Below, piece after piece: positions 17,256 to 37,928 of a stretch of 64,000 nt of DNA (its first letter is position 1; the number at the start of each line of letters is the position of its first letter). The translations under genes were made by a program, and so were the position numbers. The notes below the pieces were generated by a model. The model saw only the letters and a list, made by a program, of their open reading frames with translations, was not told the origin of the DNA and did not search any database. Origin of the DNA: the human T2T-CHM13v2.0 reference genome, Homo sapiens; the NCBI RefSeq assembly GCF_009914755.1, contig NC_060943.1; one strand, 5' to 3'.

Positions 17256-20200
17256 CCACAGTCTGGTTAAAACTCCAACTGCCATTTTTTCTCTTTCTGA
17301 CACATAAAGTGTAAAGGGTTTTGTCAGGTCAGGTAGCCCCAGGGCTGGCGCCGACATGAGTTTTTCTTTTAACTCACGAAAAGCTCGTTGCTGTTGGTTG
17401 TAATAGATGTAGTTTATCCAATTTACATTTTTATTAACTGTCACCCACCAAAATATTGACTCGAATCCTGCAGCTATTTGATTTCAAGCTTTAAATTGAT
17501 TTGGTATTCCCCATGGGACTCCAGTTGCATCTAAATAGACGTGAGAGTTGAAAGACCCATAAGGGGCTTCTCTCGCTTTACGATGTCTTATTTTTCTTCC
17601 CTCTGGTTGATGAAATGCCAGGGTGAAAGGGATAGCCAATTGGACTAAAGTACAAGTGCCACTCCAGTTATTGGCAGAATGCCCAGTAAAGGTCTACCAC
17701 AATATCACCACACATTAGCTCGGGGATGAACAAGGGCTGATTGATAAGCTCTTGAAAATTCTTAAGCTCACTGCATCCCTTCAGGTCTCCAAGGAACGCT
17801 AAGTTTTTCTCCCTATCATGAGAGACACAAAGTGAACTTAGTGTTGGGAGATGGAGGCTGGATGGCCCTCGGGGACTGACCTGCAGGGTGCCGGACTTTG
17901 GGATATAGCAGGGAGAGCTTGGCACGACTTATTACTCCAGGCTGTAGAATCCTGAAAAAGAGCTACCATGCAGCCCATGCCTGGTCAACTGGAGGACTAC
18001 CTTAGTGGAAAGGGGACAATCTGGGCCTCTGGCCTGCCATGTGCACAAGCATAACAATTGCTTTTGTTTAACGTGGGATGGAATATTTGATCCATTCCAA
18101 CCAGGCATTTGCATGTTGGTATCCTGTCTTAATTGCCAAAGTTCGTTTTAAGTCTTTAACTTATATGATCCTCTAGTAAAATGAATGCATGATTTTAGGG
18201 AATTACAAAAACCATTTGGGGCAGTCCACACTTGCTCTTTAGTGGTCCACAGAATGTTGGACCAACTACAGCATAAAAGCTCTACGTTGGGGAGCAAGAC
18301 TCCTGGTTGACACTGGAGTCTTTATCAAAATTTCCCCAGATTAAATAGTCCTAATTTACTAATGCCCAGTCTGAGGAGAGTCAGGGGGGACAGAGGTACT
18401 TTTCTGAAGTGGAGAGCTGTCTTTCACTTGAGAGTCCCCACAGGGTATAACAAGGCAAGCATTAAATGCAATAGTTTGAGGCAAAATTGACTTGGTTATG
18501 TTAATAACTAGATGGTCAGCAATAGAATGAGGAAAGAAGAAAGAGTAATAGAACAGATTTTGAAAGAGTTAAAAGTTTTCTTAGCTTTAGTTTGGTAGGG
18601 TTTTCCCCTGGGACTATGGCCCAAGACTCTGGAGGGGGCGGTGCTTTCTTGACTCAGTTGTGATGAGTCCATCCTTTTTCCATTGTACGAACAGCAGTCT
18701 CAGTGGTTAGCAGCACAAGGTAGGGGCCTTCCTAGCCTGGCTCCTTTCTTTTCACCTTTTGATGAGAATGTGATCTTTAGGCTGGTGCTGGTTTGCTGGA
18801 AATTCTAGGGGTGGTACATGTGCTAAAAGACTTGTAGTTTTGAGGTAAAGGAAAGTGGAAGATAAACCAAGTATATAATTTCTAAGAAACTGACCTTTTG
18901 TTTTAAATGTGGGGACATCAGCAGTGGACTTTATAGTCTTTGGTGCCTTTCTACTGAGAAATTTCTTTTAGCACCTGCTTTTATTAGTTTTTAGACCAAA
19001 GAAAGCCAAACACCATTATATATTTAATAATGCTTCTTGTATGATTTTTATACCAGATAAGCTAAATTTCACCATTATATTAGTGTGTTATTAATGTGAA
19101 ACTTAATTTTAATAAAACCTTGTAGATATATTTATCCAATTTTTAATGTCAGACCATAAGGTAAGATTTTTATAGACTCTTTTTAACCTTTTATAATTTT
19201 TGTTAAAGAGTACGTTAGTGCTTTAAGAAAAACCCGTTGTGTTTTTATTTTAATGTCCAGTTCACAAAAAAACTGGATGATACCCCTTTAACTTTAGCTA
19301 ATATGTTTACACACAGAATTTTCTTTAAAATTAATGTTTAAAAACTTGCTTAAACCTTCAAAACAATAATTTTTTTAACCTTTTAATGTAGGTAAAAATT
19401 TACATTCTTATGCCTCCTTATAATCCTTTTACCAAAGGTATATTTTACTTTCCTTATACACCTTGCACATAAACTGTTTTTTTCAATAGTTTTACATTCA
19501 GGAGGCCTAGCTACTTTTAAATTATACAACATTTCTTGCATAAATTCTTTTTTTATAACATTTTTCTCTTTCATGACTTTTGCAGACAATTCTTTGACAT
19601 GCCTCAACTTTCTGACTTATTACAAACCTTTCTTTCTTTAAACAACCAGTTTCTTTATTTCAGGACAAGAATTTACCATATAACACTCTTTTTACATAAA
19701 TTCTTCCCCCACTTTTTTCCCTTTTTTTTCAAAGATGATAACCATTCTTTTCCAAAGTGAACTTCCTTTATGTCTGTGGACGAGACTGTCTAAGGCCACA
19801 AGATTAGAAGTTACTATAATACATGTTACACTGTTAACTTTTAGCAAACTTTACTTTTGTTGAAAACCTTGTAAGTTTGGGATTTTAATTATCCTTTGCC
19901 ATTAATAAGACCTTGTTTTGTCCAAATTAATTTAGAATTGGTATAGATGGCTTTTTTTTTTTCCTTCAATTACCTGGGAGGAACGATTGATCCTCCTGTC
20001 CTGAAGGGAGTTCCTCCTAGGTCTGGTCGGACCTTTGTATGGTAATTAAGATTTAGATGCCCTGTTAGGAAAACTTCTGGGTTAAGGGAATTTTCAGTGG
20101 TTAATGTTAAATCACACTTTTTTTTTTTTTTCCTTAGGATACTTCTGAACTGGTGAGGTGTGCTCACAATGAGGTTTCCTCACAATGAGGTTTCCTCTAA

Positions 20201-21498
20201 AAGTTATTTTTTTACTTTCTTCTGTTAGCAAAGCAGTTGCCGCTACAGATTGAATGCATCTGGGCCATCTGCGGGTTACTGGGTTAAGGATTTTTGATAG
20301 GAAGGCTACGGGTTATCAGTGGCCTCAGTGCTTTCAGAATACGCCCTTGTTTACACTGACAACAAAGTGGTATTGGAGTCTTATAGGGTTATGGAGAATA
20401 CCTTCAATTATCAATTATAGGTTTTAAATTTACCCTGGCTTTTAAAGGAATAGGGTACACTTTTTTCTTAACTACTTGTATATCTCTCTTTCTTTCTCTG
20501 ATTTTCTTTTTCTCTTTGACTTTCCTTTTGCCTCTGTCTCTTTCTCTTTCTCTGCCTCTCTCTCTCTTTCCTTGACTCCCTCTTTATCTCTCTGTCTCTT
20601 CCTCTTTCTCTCTCTGCTGGTCTTTCCTTGCCTCTGCAAGCTTGCTTATGCTGCTGTTCTCTCAACCATTGTGGGGTGGGGGTCTAAAACCAGCTATAAC
20701 CAAGTGTCCATGTACAGGAACTGGTCTGGGTGCCCTGGCTTACAGGTTACCTTGTGCCGTACCTTTGAAACAAGGGACCTGTCCAATCTTCCTTCTGATG
20801 GCCAACCCACCTCTAATGCTGGCCAGTCTATTTCACACAAAGTTCTAAGTTTTCCTGGTATCACAGTAACACTGTAATCTCCCTTAAATCCTTTCTTGAA
20901 AATTTTCAACATAGCTCCTACTGGGGCAGGCTTACTTTGTGCCTGACCCATGCTTCTTCAAGACAAAACACCACGCTCGCACCACACGCACACCACAAAA
21001 CAAATAACGGGTAAAAAGGGCACACACATACTTTTACAGTTTACACCAAACCAGAATCAATACCAAAATCGGGGTATCTAGAAATCCAAGCAAGGTCAAA
21101 ACCAAAACCAAAGTATCAAGCAATCCAAGTCAAGTCAAAAACAAAAACCAAAGTGCCGGTACAGGCACGCCATAGGTGATCAGGCCACACTTCCACTCAA
21201 ATGGAGTGGGCAAGTTCCAAAGACTAGTCTTACCAAGTTTCAGATGTCCAGACTCCAAGTGCCAGTTCCTTCCCGGTGTTCAGTCACTGCATTGATCCTC
21301 CGCGGGGGCTGCCACACGCTGCTCTGGTGAGGCGTTCCACCAGGGAATTTGCTTACCCGGGAGCGCTCTCAGGATCCGCATCGCTCAAGCTGGCCGGAGT
21401 CCCCCGCAGGGATGCTCCACAGGGCAGGCCTAAGCCGCCTAACAGGCTGCCTCAACTGTCCGTTAATCACCTCGCTTCCCAGTCAGGGAACCAAGAAA
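17256..21498 (-). mobile_element. Harlequin/HERV-E-like internal region, 3'-truncated, defective
   Basis: Gag MA remnant (ORF 20694..20951, MGQAQSKP..CEIDWPALEVGWPSEG) and pol remnant (17247..17444, [21 protein letters not shown]). AT-rich mosaic middle; no 3' LTR. Confidence 0.85.
21476..21493 (-). other. tRNA-Glu primer binding site
   Basis: TGGTTCCCTGACTGGGAA immediately 3' of LTR2, one mismatch from the complement of the tRNA-Glu 3' end. Confidence 0.85.
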
Positions 21499-21960
21499 TG
21501 TAGCAGGACGAGCCGTAGACAAAACCCCTCAGACACCGAGTTAAAGAAGGAAGGGCTTTATTCGGCCGGGAGCATTGGCAAGACTCACGTCTCAAAAACT
21601 GAGCTCCCTGAGTGAGCAATTCCTATCCCTCTTAAGGGCTTACAACTCTAAGGGGGTTTGCATGAGAGGGTCGTGATCGATTGAGCAAGCAGGGAGTAAG
21701 TGACTGAAGGCTGCATGCACCAGTAATTAGAATGGAACAGAACAGGACAGGGATTTTCAAAGTGCTTTTCTATACAATGTCTGTAATCTGTAGATAACAT
21801 AACCGATTAGGTCAGGGCTCGATCTTTAACTACCAGGCCCATGGTGTGGCGCTGGGCTGTCTGCCTGTGGATTTCATTTCTGCCTTTTAGTTTTTACTTC
21901 TTCTTTCTTTGGAAGCAGAAATTGGGCATAAGACAATATGAGGAGTGGTCTCCTCCCTTA
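21499..21960 (-). mobile_element. LTR2 (5' LTR of a HERV-E/Harlequin provirus)
   Basis: Minus strand starts TAAGGGAGGAGACCACTCCTCATATTGTC and ends GTCCTGCTACA (462 bp), with an internal AATAAA. Confidence 0.9.
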
Positions 21961-22185
<225 letters not shown>

Positions 22186-24071
22186 TCACATGACCTTCAA
22201 GCTCCTTTCACTCCAAAACATGAGCAAGGACTGTGCCGTTGCTTTCCATTCCTCAGGTGGGGACAAGAAGTGGAAACCTATGCAGACACTAGATAGGTTT
22301 TGTTTTACAGGCAAGGTAAGAAGAACTACAGAGGAAGAACCTAATGCAGACGTTTCCCAGGAGACTTTAACTGAAGTATCAGCAAACTGAAAGGTAACGA
22401 GAGAATCTTGTGCCTCTGAGGGTGTCTTTCCCATGGATCCCTGCTCAGTTGCCTTTCACGGGCCCCCTGATTTGCGTGAACTCCTGACCTCAGATGATCC
22501 GCCTGCCTTGGCCCTCCAAAGTGCTGGAATTATAGGCATGAGCCACCGTGCCTGGCCTGTTCCATGCATTAAAAAAAAATAAAAAAATTAAAAAAAATCA
22601 GTGAGAACAAGAAGAAATGTAAATGCTGGGCTTTTCATATAAATCCAGGGAATTATGGGACAGTTAGTACCCACCTCCCAGGGTATTATAAGGATAAATT
22701 CATGTCATCTTCCCAGCTCCGTAGCGTGCTTCTGAGCACACAGAGCATGCTCCATAAACATTGCATTAACGCATGTGTGCATGTTGTTTTCCAAATGCAG
22801 ACTTACTCAGACATGAGCTGCCTTCTCCAGCCTCTGTAAAGTTTAAAGGACCAGCAGAGTGTGCCATGTTTTAGGATAGTGATTGGTGGTTTTTATTTTG
22901 GACTGAAAGCATTTATGTTGTGAGAAGAGTATAGGTTTAAGGAACTGTGTGCTGTGGCACTTTGTCTAGTTGAGTGCTGCTATAAGTGATCTAGGGCAAG
23001 TAGGGTCAGCATTAGCTGTGAATGAAGCCAATCCATGGACCCCTTTCAAACCTGCAGAATTGGCCAGGCATGGTGGCTCATGCCTGTAATCCCAGCACTT
23101 TGGGAGGCCGAGGCGGGTGGATCACTTGAGGTCAGGAGGTCGAGACCAGGCTGACCAACATGGAGAAACCCCGTCTCTACTAAAAAATACAAAATTAGCC
23201 GGATGTGGTGGCACATGCCTGTAATACCAGCTACTCGGGAGGCTGAGGAAGGAGAATTGCTTGAACCTGGGAGGTGGAGCTTGTGGTGAGCTGAGATTGC
23301 GTGCCATTGCACTCCAGCTTGGGCAAGAAGAGCGAAACTCCATCTCAAAAAAAAAAAAAAAGAAAAAAAGAAAAAAAGGGAAAAAAGAAAACATTAAATG
23401 CAGCAAGATGCAGGTCAGAGCATACCTCCATTTGTGTGCTCTTGTGGACAAAATTTAAATGGCAAATAAGATTTTGCATTTATTGACGTTTTTCTTTACA
23501 TTGCTGTAAGTACAAATACCCATTTATCCTTTGACCTCCTATATCTTTATTCTGTATGCATATGAAAAAAAATGCTAGATCTGTATCTAGATTATACATG
23601 GGTAAACACAACATATAGAATTATATGACTTTGCCTATGTAGATATTTATGTATACAATAGATATTAATCAACATTTTAAATTCCCCAGCCTACACTGCG
23701 GATGCAGATATAAACTTACTCTCACCTATATGGATCCATACCATCTCAGACTGGAAAACAGCCATACAAGGTTATGTTTAAACATCAATAAAGCTTCACA
23801 TATAGGTGCATGGCCTGGGAAGTATGTTTTTGGTAAAGCCATCTTAGACTCTAGTTCCAGCTTAGCATTTCAGGGCCCTGCTTCCTTTCTCACTGTATGC
23901 CTGTGTGATTCACATTTGCCATTTGGGTCGATTGACTTATATCCATCTAAGCTGATCTAAGTGGTTTATTAAACTCATCTGGGCTGCAGAAGTTGAGAAG
24001 GAAAGCAACCTCTGACCTACTTATTCTGAGGCTTGTCTACAGGACATATGCAATAATGGGAATTACATTGA

Positions 24072-24517
<446 letters not shown>

Positions 24518-24912
24518 TGAAGATTTGTCAAATCCAAGCCACACACCAAATCACGTTATGCTAAATGTGAAAATGTCCTCATTACTGGGCACCAAGGTGT
24601 TTTAAATTCAGAGTCTAATCAAAACAGCTCATGGGGTTCTGTCCATCCAGCTAGGACGCTTCAGACATACCAGTGGGCCTAACCTTTTTCACAAGGAGCT
24701 CTGGCCTGGCCAACAAGAATCACCTTTGGTGCTTCAGTGCAGTGTCACCATCACCTGTTTGAAATGCAGCCAGGTAACATGTACCATTTTATTTGCTTTC
24801 AGTATCACAGTCTATCTTCTAATAAGAAACCTAGGCCTCTGGCTGGGTGTGGTGGCTTACACCTGTAACCCAGCACTTTGAGAGGCTGAGGTGGGTGGAT
24901 CACTTGAGGTCA

Positions 24913-25122
<210 letters not shown>

Positions 25123-25309
25123 TCAAAAAAAAAAAAAAAAAGGATTTTTTTTTTTTTTTTTTTCTGTGCTGGGTTTACTTAGCATACCTTTCAGATTCAT
25201 GAATGTTGCAAATAACAAGACTTTATTTTTAAGGGCTGAATGGCATTTCATTGTGTACATATACCACATTTTCTTTCTCCATTCACCTACTGATGAACAC
25301 TCAGGTTGA

Positions 25310-25537
<228 letters not shown>

Positions 25538-26839
25538 TAGTAGACATGGGGTTTCTCCATGTTGGTAAGGCTGATCTCCAACTCCCGACCTCAGGTGATC
25601 CACCTGCCTCTGCCTCTCAAAGTGCTGGAATTACAGGCTTAAGCTACCATGCCTGGCCAAAAGCCTAGGTTTCTTTCTATGTAAGCCTAGGTTTATTTCT
25701 ATGTGAAGTGTAAAAGAAATTTAAACTCATAGAAGCAGAGAGTACAATAATGAAAAAAAAAAAAAATCTCCTATGGGGTTTTTTGTCTGATTGAGAGCTT
25801 CTTCATGATCTTTCAGGGATTGTATTTTCTTTCATCTTCTGCATCCTCCTGTTTTTTAGCCAATGGATGAAAAAAAATACAGAGAAGACACATTTGCTTT
25901 TATCCACTGCACTTCCACTCACTATTAGTCATTGTGGATACAGCTGAGAATAGCAGTTTTCTGGCAGGACAGCCACTTCTCAGTAATAAACAACTGAAAA
26001 AGTATAAATGTGTCATAAAAAGCTAATAGATTTTAAGAAAAACAAGCATAGGCATCAATAATGTTTGTGGTAAATAAAGATTCATATTGTTGATTTCTAT
26101 TGAGCTCCCGTAATATTTGATAAAAGCTTGCAAATATACAGCAGAAAAGGAGTATTATTCTAAATCAGAATATTGTTATGGCTATTTTGTCAATAGAAGT
26201 CAATATCCAATATACAGAATGGTTATTTTGTCAATGTAAGTAAAAATATGACTTCACACTAATAGTCTCACCAATAGTTGTAATCAAATGCTATTTTTTA
26301 TTTAAAATTTTATTTCATATAAGTAATCCCAGGCGGGCGGATCATGAGGTCAAGAGATCGAGACCATCCTTGCCAACATGGTGACAGCCCATCCCTACTA
26401 AAAATACAAAAATTAGCTAAGCATGGTGGCACATGCCTGTAGTCCCAGCTATTCGGGAGGCTGAGGTAGGAGAACCACTCGATCCCGGGAGCTGAGATCA
26501 CGCCACTGCACTCCAGCCTGGGGACAGAGCAAGACTCCATCTCAAAAAAAAAAAAAAAAAAGGTCTATATGTTTGCAGACAGACCAGATGTTCAAAGAAA
26601 ACTATATAATAAACATTTACTAATAATTTTTCAGGATTCAGAAATACATGGATTCTATTTCTATTTCTTTGTTTTTTTTTGAAATAGAGTCTTGCTCTGT
26701 TGCCCAGACTGGAATGCAGTGGCGTGATCTCAGCTCACTGCAACCTCCACCTCCGGGGTTCAAGCGATTCTCTCCTGCCTCAGCCTCCAGGTGTGTGCCA
26801 CCATGTCTGGCTAATTTTTGTATTTTTAGTAGAGCTGGG

Positions 26840-27373
26840 TGTTGGGGTTCAATCAGGCTGGTGGGAAAAATATTTAAAAGAGTAACAGTCAAAAGCTGTC
26901 CTAAAAGGCCTGAGAGTTTGCATAGCTTGATTGCTTGGCTGAAGGCAGCCAGGGTCTCTTTGCAGGAGGCCAGGAAGATTAGGGTGCAAGTGAAAAGGAA
27001 TGTAGGAAGTTTATCTTACTAACCTGTTTAGTTATATGGGCTTAAGACTAACTTTTGTCCTGCTGAGGGTACTTTACTGCCGCCTACTCGGGGGTCCGCA
27101 GTTTATTACCCACAAATGGTGTTTGCTTTAGGCCTGGGAACCTGGCCTTTAATTTTACCCTCTAGTGGTGTTTACTCACAACTTTTGTTAATTAGTCTTA
27201 CTGAATAAATGCAAGCCTCACTATCTGATCAGAGCCAAGTTGCAACTGTTTACAGAACTCACCTTGGAGCCTGTAAGCGGCTCGGACCCTCAGCTGGACT
27301 GGCAGAGCAGAATGTGTGTCAGTGTACTTTATTCATCCACAGCGAGTGCCCCCGCGAAAGGAGCGCTTCCTCA
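26840..27373 (+). mobile_element. Solo LTR, LTR22 family (HML-5), inserted in an Alu
   Basis: TGTTGGGGTTCAATCAGGCTGGTGGGAAAAATA...CCTCA, with AATAAA at ~27204. It splits a minus-strand Alu and has a degenerate 6-bp TSD (gctggg/gacggg). Confidence 0.75.
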
Positions 27374-28426
27374 GACGGGGTTTCACTATGTTGGCCAGGA
27401 TGGTCTTGAACTCCTGACCTCAGACAATCCACCTGCCTTGGAAAGTGCTGGGATTACAGGCCTGAGCCACTGCACCTGGCCATATTTTATTTATTTTTCT
27501 GTATAATTTTTATTATGACCATAAAAATAAACCTGTAGTCAGTAACAATTTAATTGTACATTTTAAAATAATTAAAAATGTATAATTACACTGTAATTCA
27601 AAGGATAAATGCTAGAGGTGATGGATACTTTACCCTAATGTAATTACTACATATTGTAGGCCTGAATCAAAATATGCCATATAAGGCATAAAGATATACA
27701 CATACTGTATACCCACAAATACTAGTAATAGATTTCAATAAGAAAAAAAATTTAAGCTATGGGAACAATTCAACTCATTTGCAGTTTAAAGCCACTGGCA
27801 AAGTGACAAGTAGAGATGTTATTCCACTACGTACCAAACAGTATATTGTTACCATCTTTTAAGTACACCCTTGATTAAGGTGGGATAGGTTAAAGTTAGT
27901 GGCATAATGGCCAGGTGCGGTGGCTCACGCCTGTAATCCCAGCACTTTGGGAGGCCGAGGTGGGCGGATCACAAGGTCAGGAGATTGACCATCCCGGCTA
28001 ACACAGTGAAACCCCATCTCTACTAAAAATACAAAAAAATTAGCCGGGCATGGTGGCGGGTGCCTGTAGTCCCAGCTACTCAGGAAGCTGAGGCAGGAGA
28101 ATGGTGTGAACCTGGGAGGTGGAGGTTGCAGTGAGCCGAGATCGTGCCACAGCGCTCCAGCCTGGGTGAAAGACCGAGACTCCATCTCAAAAAAAAAGAA
28201 AAAAAGTTAGTGGCATAATAATGCTTCATTAAACGCAGAATAGTCTTAACATGGTATAAAAAATGAAATTAAGTTCACACATCATCTAACAATTTTTAAA
28301 TATACTGCATTCGATTACATAAAAGTACAATTAGTAAAATAATATTCTCATTTAATACTTTTAACTGTAATTTTTCTCACTATAATGTAGAAAACTATTA
28401 CTCTGAACCCCCACTTTTTAAAAATC

Positions 28427-28432
28427 TTTATT
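28427..28432 (-). terminator. Candidate ZNF506 polyadenylation signal AATAAA
   Basis: tttatt on the + strand, ~1.8 kb past the stop codon, inside a short TSD-flanked insert. Confidence 0.6.
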
Positions 28433-29728
28433 AATAAAGTAATTCATTATAATTTTTGAAAAAAAAAAGTTTTAAAATGGTCTGCCAACATGTTAATGTA
28501 GGTTAGGCCATCCAAAAGACAAAGCAAAACATCAACATTAAGTCATAGGCTAGGATTATACAAATGAGAACCCCCACCTTATACATTACTTAATATAAGT
28601 TAACTACAAAGAGCCTCTCCACTTACATTTTTATCATGCATCTTACATTTTAATGTCCTTATTCTTTTATAGAAAAGGTCATAATACCCAATAAAAAAGA
28701 ATCTGTAATATCCCTGATGCAGCAACAATTGATCACATGCTTTCACATGTGACCACAATAGGAATAAAATAACAGCGTAAAGAAATTTGAAAGTTGTATT
28801 ACATCATTATTCACTGTTCAAAAATTTTTTTCAAGAAACAAGTACACTTTCAATGAAATTACAATGCTTCAGAAAATCTCCCTTTTAAAGTTATATACAA
28901 AAACAGCTTTAGTTGTGGATTCATTTTTATACTCAATACTCTGATTTAGTGTAATGTCTGAAGTGTCAGTGCCTTATTCTAGTGTAAATTCTCATATTTA
29001 CGTAAAATCAATTTTGAATTAAATATTTTTTTCATATTTACATCTGCAAAAATATACTTTAGTATAAACTCTCTGATGTTTTCTAAGCTATAGATTTTGA
29101 AAAAAAAAGTCTTTCCAAATTCATTATATTTGCAGGACTCTTCTCCAATATAAATTCCATGTTGTTGAATAAAGCTGGAGCAACTGCTTCAGGTTTTCCT
29201 CTAGTACACAATGTGTGCAACAAGATCTGTGATACAAGTAAAGGTACTACAACCCCCCCTTATATTTGTAATAGCTGATTTCAGAATAAATATTCTTCTT
29301 TAAAGGCTTATATTTTCTGAAAGATTTTTTGACAGTAATTGCACTTTTATTGCTTTTATTAACTATGAACCTTCTGTTGAGATGTGAGTGGGCGTTAATG
29401 GCGTTTCCATATTCTTTATATCTGTACGATTTTTCTCAAGGATAAAAGCTTTCCTGTGAAATAAGGTGTAAGCACTCAAAAGTTTTGCCACATTCTTCAC
29501 ACTTGTAGGAGTTTTGGCAGCATTAATTCTCTTACCTACAATCAAGTGTGGCAACCATATAAACGCTTTGTCTCATTTCATACATTTCCAGGGTTTCACA
29601 TTAGTATAATTTATTTTTATGTATACAAAAGTTGGAGGTGGTGGTAAAAGCACTGTTGCATCTTTCAGGTTTGTAGAGTTCCTCTTCAGCATGAATTATC
29701 GCCATGTCTCTTAAGAATTGAGAACTTG

Positions 29729-30118
<390 letters not shown>

Positions 30119-30200
30119 TTAAAAAGCTTTGTCACATTCTTTATATTTGTAGGGTTTATGTTCCATATAAATTCTCATATTTAGTCAGAGTCCAGGGCTA

Positions 30201-31390
<1,190 letters not shown>

Positions 31391-32130
31391 TCAATTGCTA
31401 GACTCAGATAAATATACTTCACAAATCTAACCTATAAAATTATACAAACTACGTAAGCAAGATGACACAGCAAAATACCACAAGCTGTAATTTCTTCCTG
31501 GATATATAACTGTAACAAAAACATACTGACCAAAATACATTTGTAAAAAATTTATAAATTAGTTAAGTGTGTAAAGGGCTCCAGGTGAGCACAATGCAAA
31601 GAGCCACATAGAAAAATAGAAAAAAAGAAAAGTCTGTTACTTATACCCAACACAGCTCTTCCTGCTCTCCAGTATAACATTGTGCCTTTAAAAGTAAATT
31701 GCGGGCCCGGTGTGGTAGCTCACACCCGTGACCCCAGCACTCCGGGAGGCTGAGGCAGGTGGATCATGAGGTCAACAGTTCAAGACCAGCCTGGCAAAGA
31801 TGGTGAAACCCCGTCTCTACAAAACTACAAAACGTTAGCCAGGTGTGGTAACAGATACCTGTAATCCAGTTACTTGGGAGGCTGAGGGAGGAGAATTGCT
31901 TGAACTGTGGAGGCAGAGATTGTAGTGAGCCAAGATCATGCCATTGTACTCCAGCCTAGGTAACAGAGTGAGACTCTGTCTCACACATGCACACAAATAT
32001 GTAAATTGCCAACCCCTGGTTTCTTTTTTAAAAAACAAGAAAAGTATTGGCACATACATCTTTATTTCTGGATTCTAGGGGCTTTTTTATTTTTATTTTT
32101 TATTTTATTTATTTATTTATTTTGAGGTAG

Positions 32131-32310
<180 letters not shown>

Positions 32311-32599
32311 TAGCCAGGATAGTCTCAATCTCCTGACCTCGTGATCCGCCCGCCTCGGCCTACCAAAGTGCTGGGATTACAGGCATGAACCACCGTGCCC
32401 GGCCTCTAGGGGCTTTTTAAAATACTGGTTAATGTCTCCCACGACATGAAATGGTAATATACGTTGGAATGACACTTTGAGTCTAAAGGTAAATGTTTCA
32501 GAAGCAAAGAAACTGCAGTATCCCAAACACGGAATGGGTGTAGCAAGTGATTACTGATTTATTAAGAAGAAATAAGAATAAGCCGATTTAACTAAACAA

Positions 32600-36090
<3,491 letters not shown>

Positions 36091-36578
36091 AGAATATATA
36101 TATATATATATATTTATATATATTATTTTTTTTCGAGATGGAGTCTCACTCTGTCTCCGAGGCCGGAGTACAGTGGCAAGATATCGGCTCACTGCAATCT
36201 CCGCCTCCCAGGTTCAAGCAATTCCCCTGCGTCACCCTCCTGAGTAGCTGGGACTACAGGCATGCGCCACCATACCTGGCTAATTTTTTGTATTTTAGTA
36301 GAGACAGGGTTTCCCCATGTTGGCCAGGATAGTCTCCATCTCCTGACCTCATGATCCGCCTGCCTTGGCCTCCCGAAGTGCTGGGACTACAGGTGTGAGC
36401 CACTGCGCCTGGCCTAGAAATATTTTATTATAAATTTTCTTATGTGTTTTTGACAGATAACACATTTTGTTATGTGTTTCCCCCACACAAAAATAATATA
36501 GATTCATAAATAAATAGATGTTGAAATTAGGAGAATTTTTATGACTACTCACGTAGACAGGATTAAAAACCTGTTTCA

Positions 36579-37928
<1,350 letters not shown>

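Noticed and set aside
20163-20198. Small tandem duplications (here, 1-50, 61579-61612) and microsatellites
   Set aside because: Ordinary slippage events inside dead elements.
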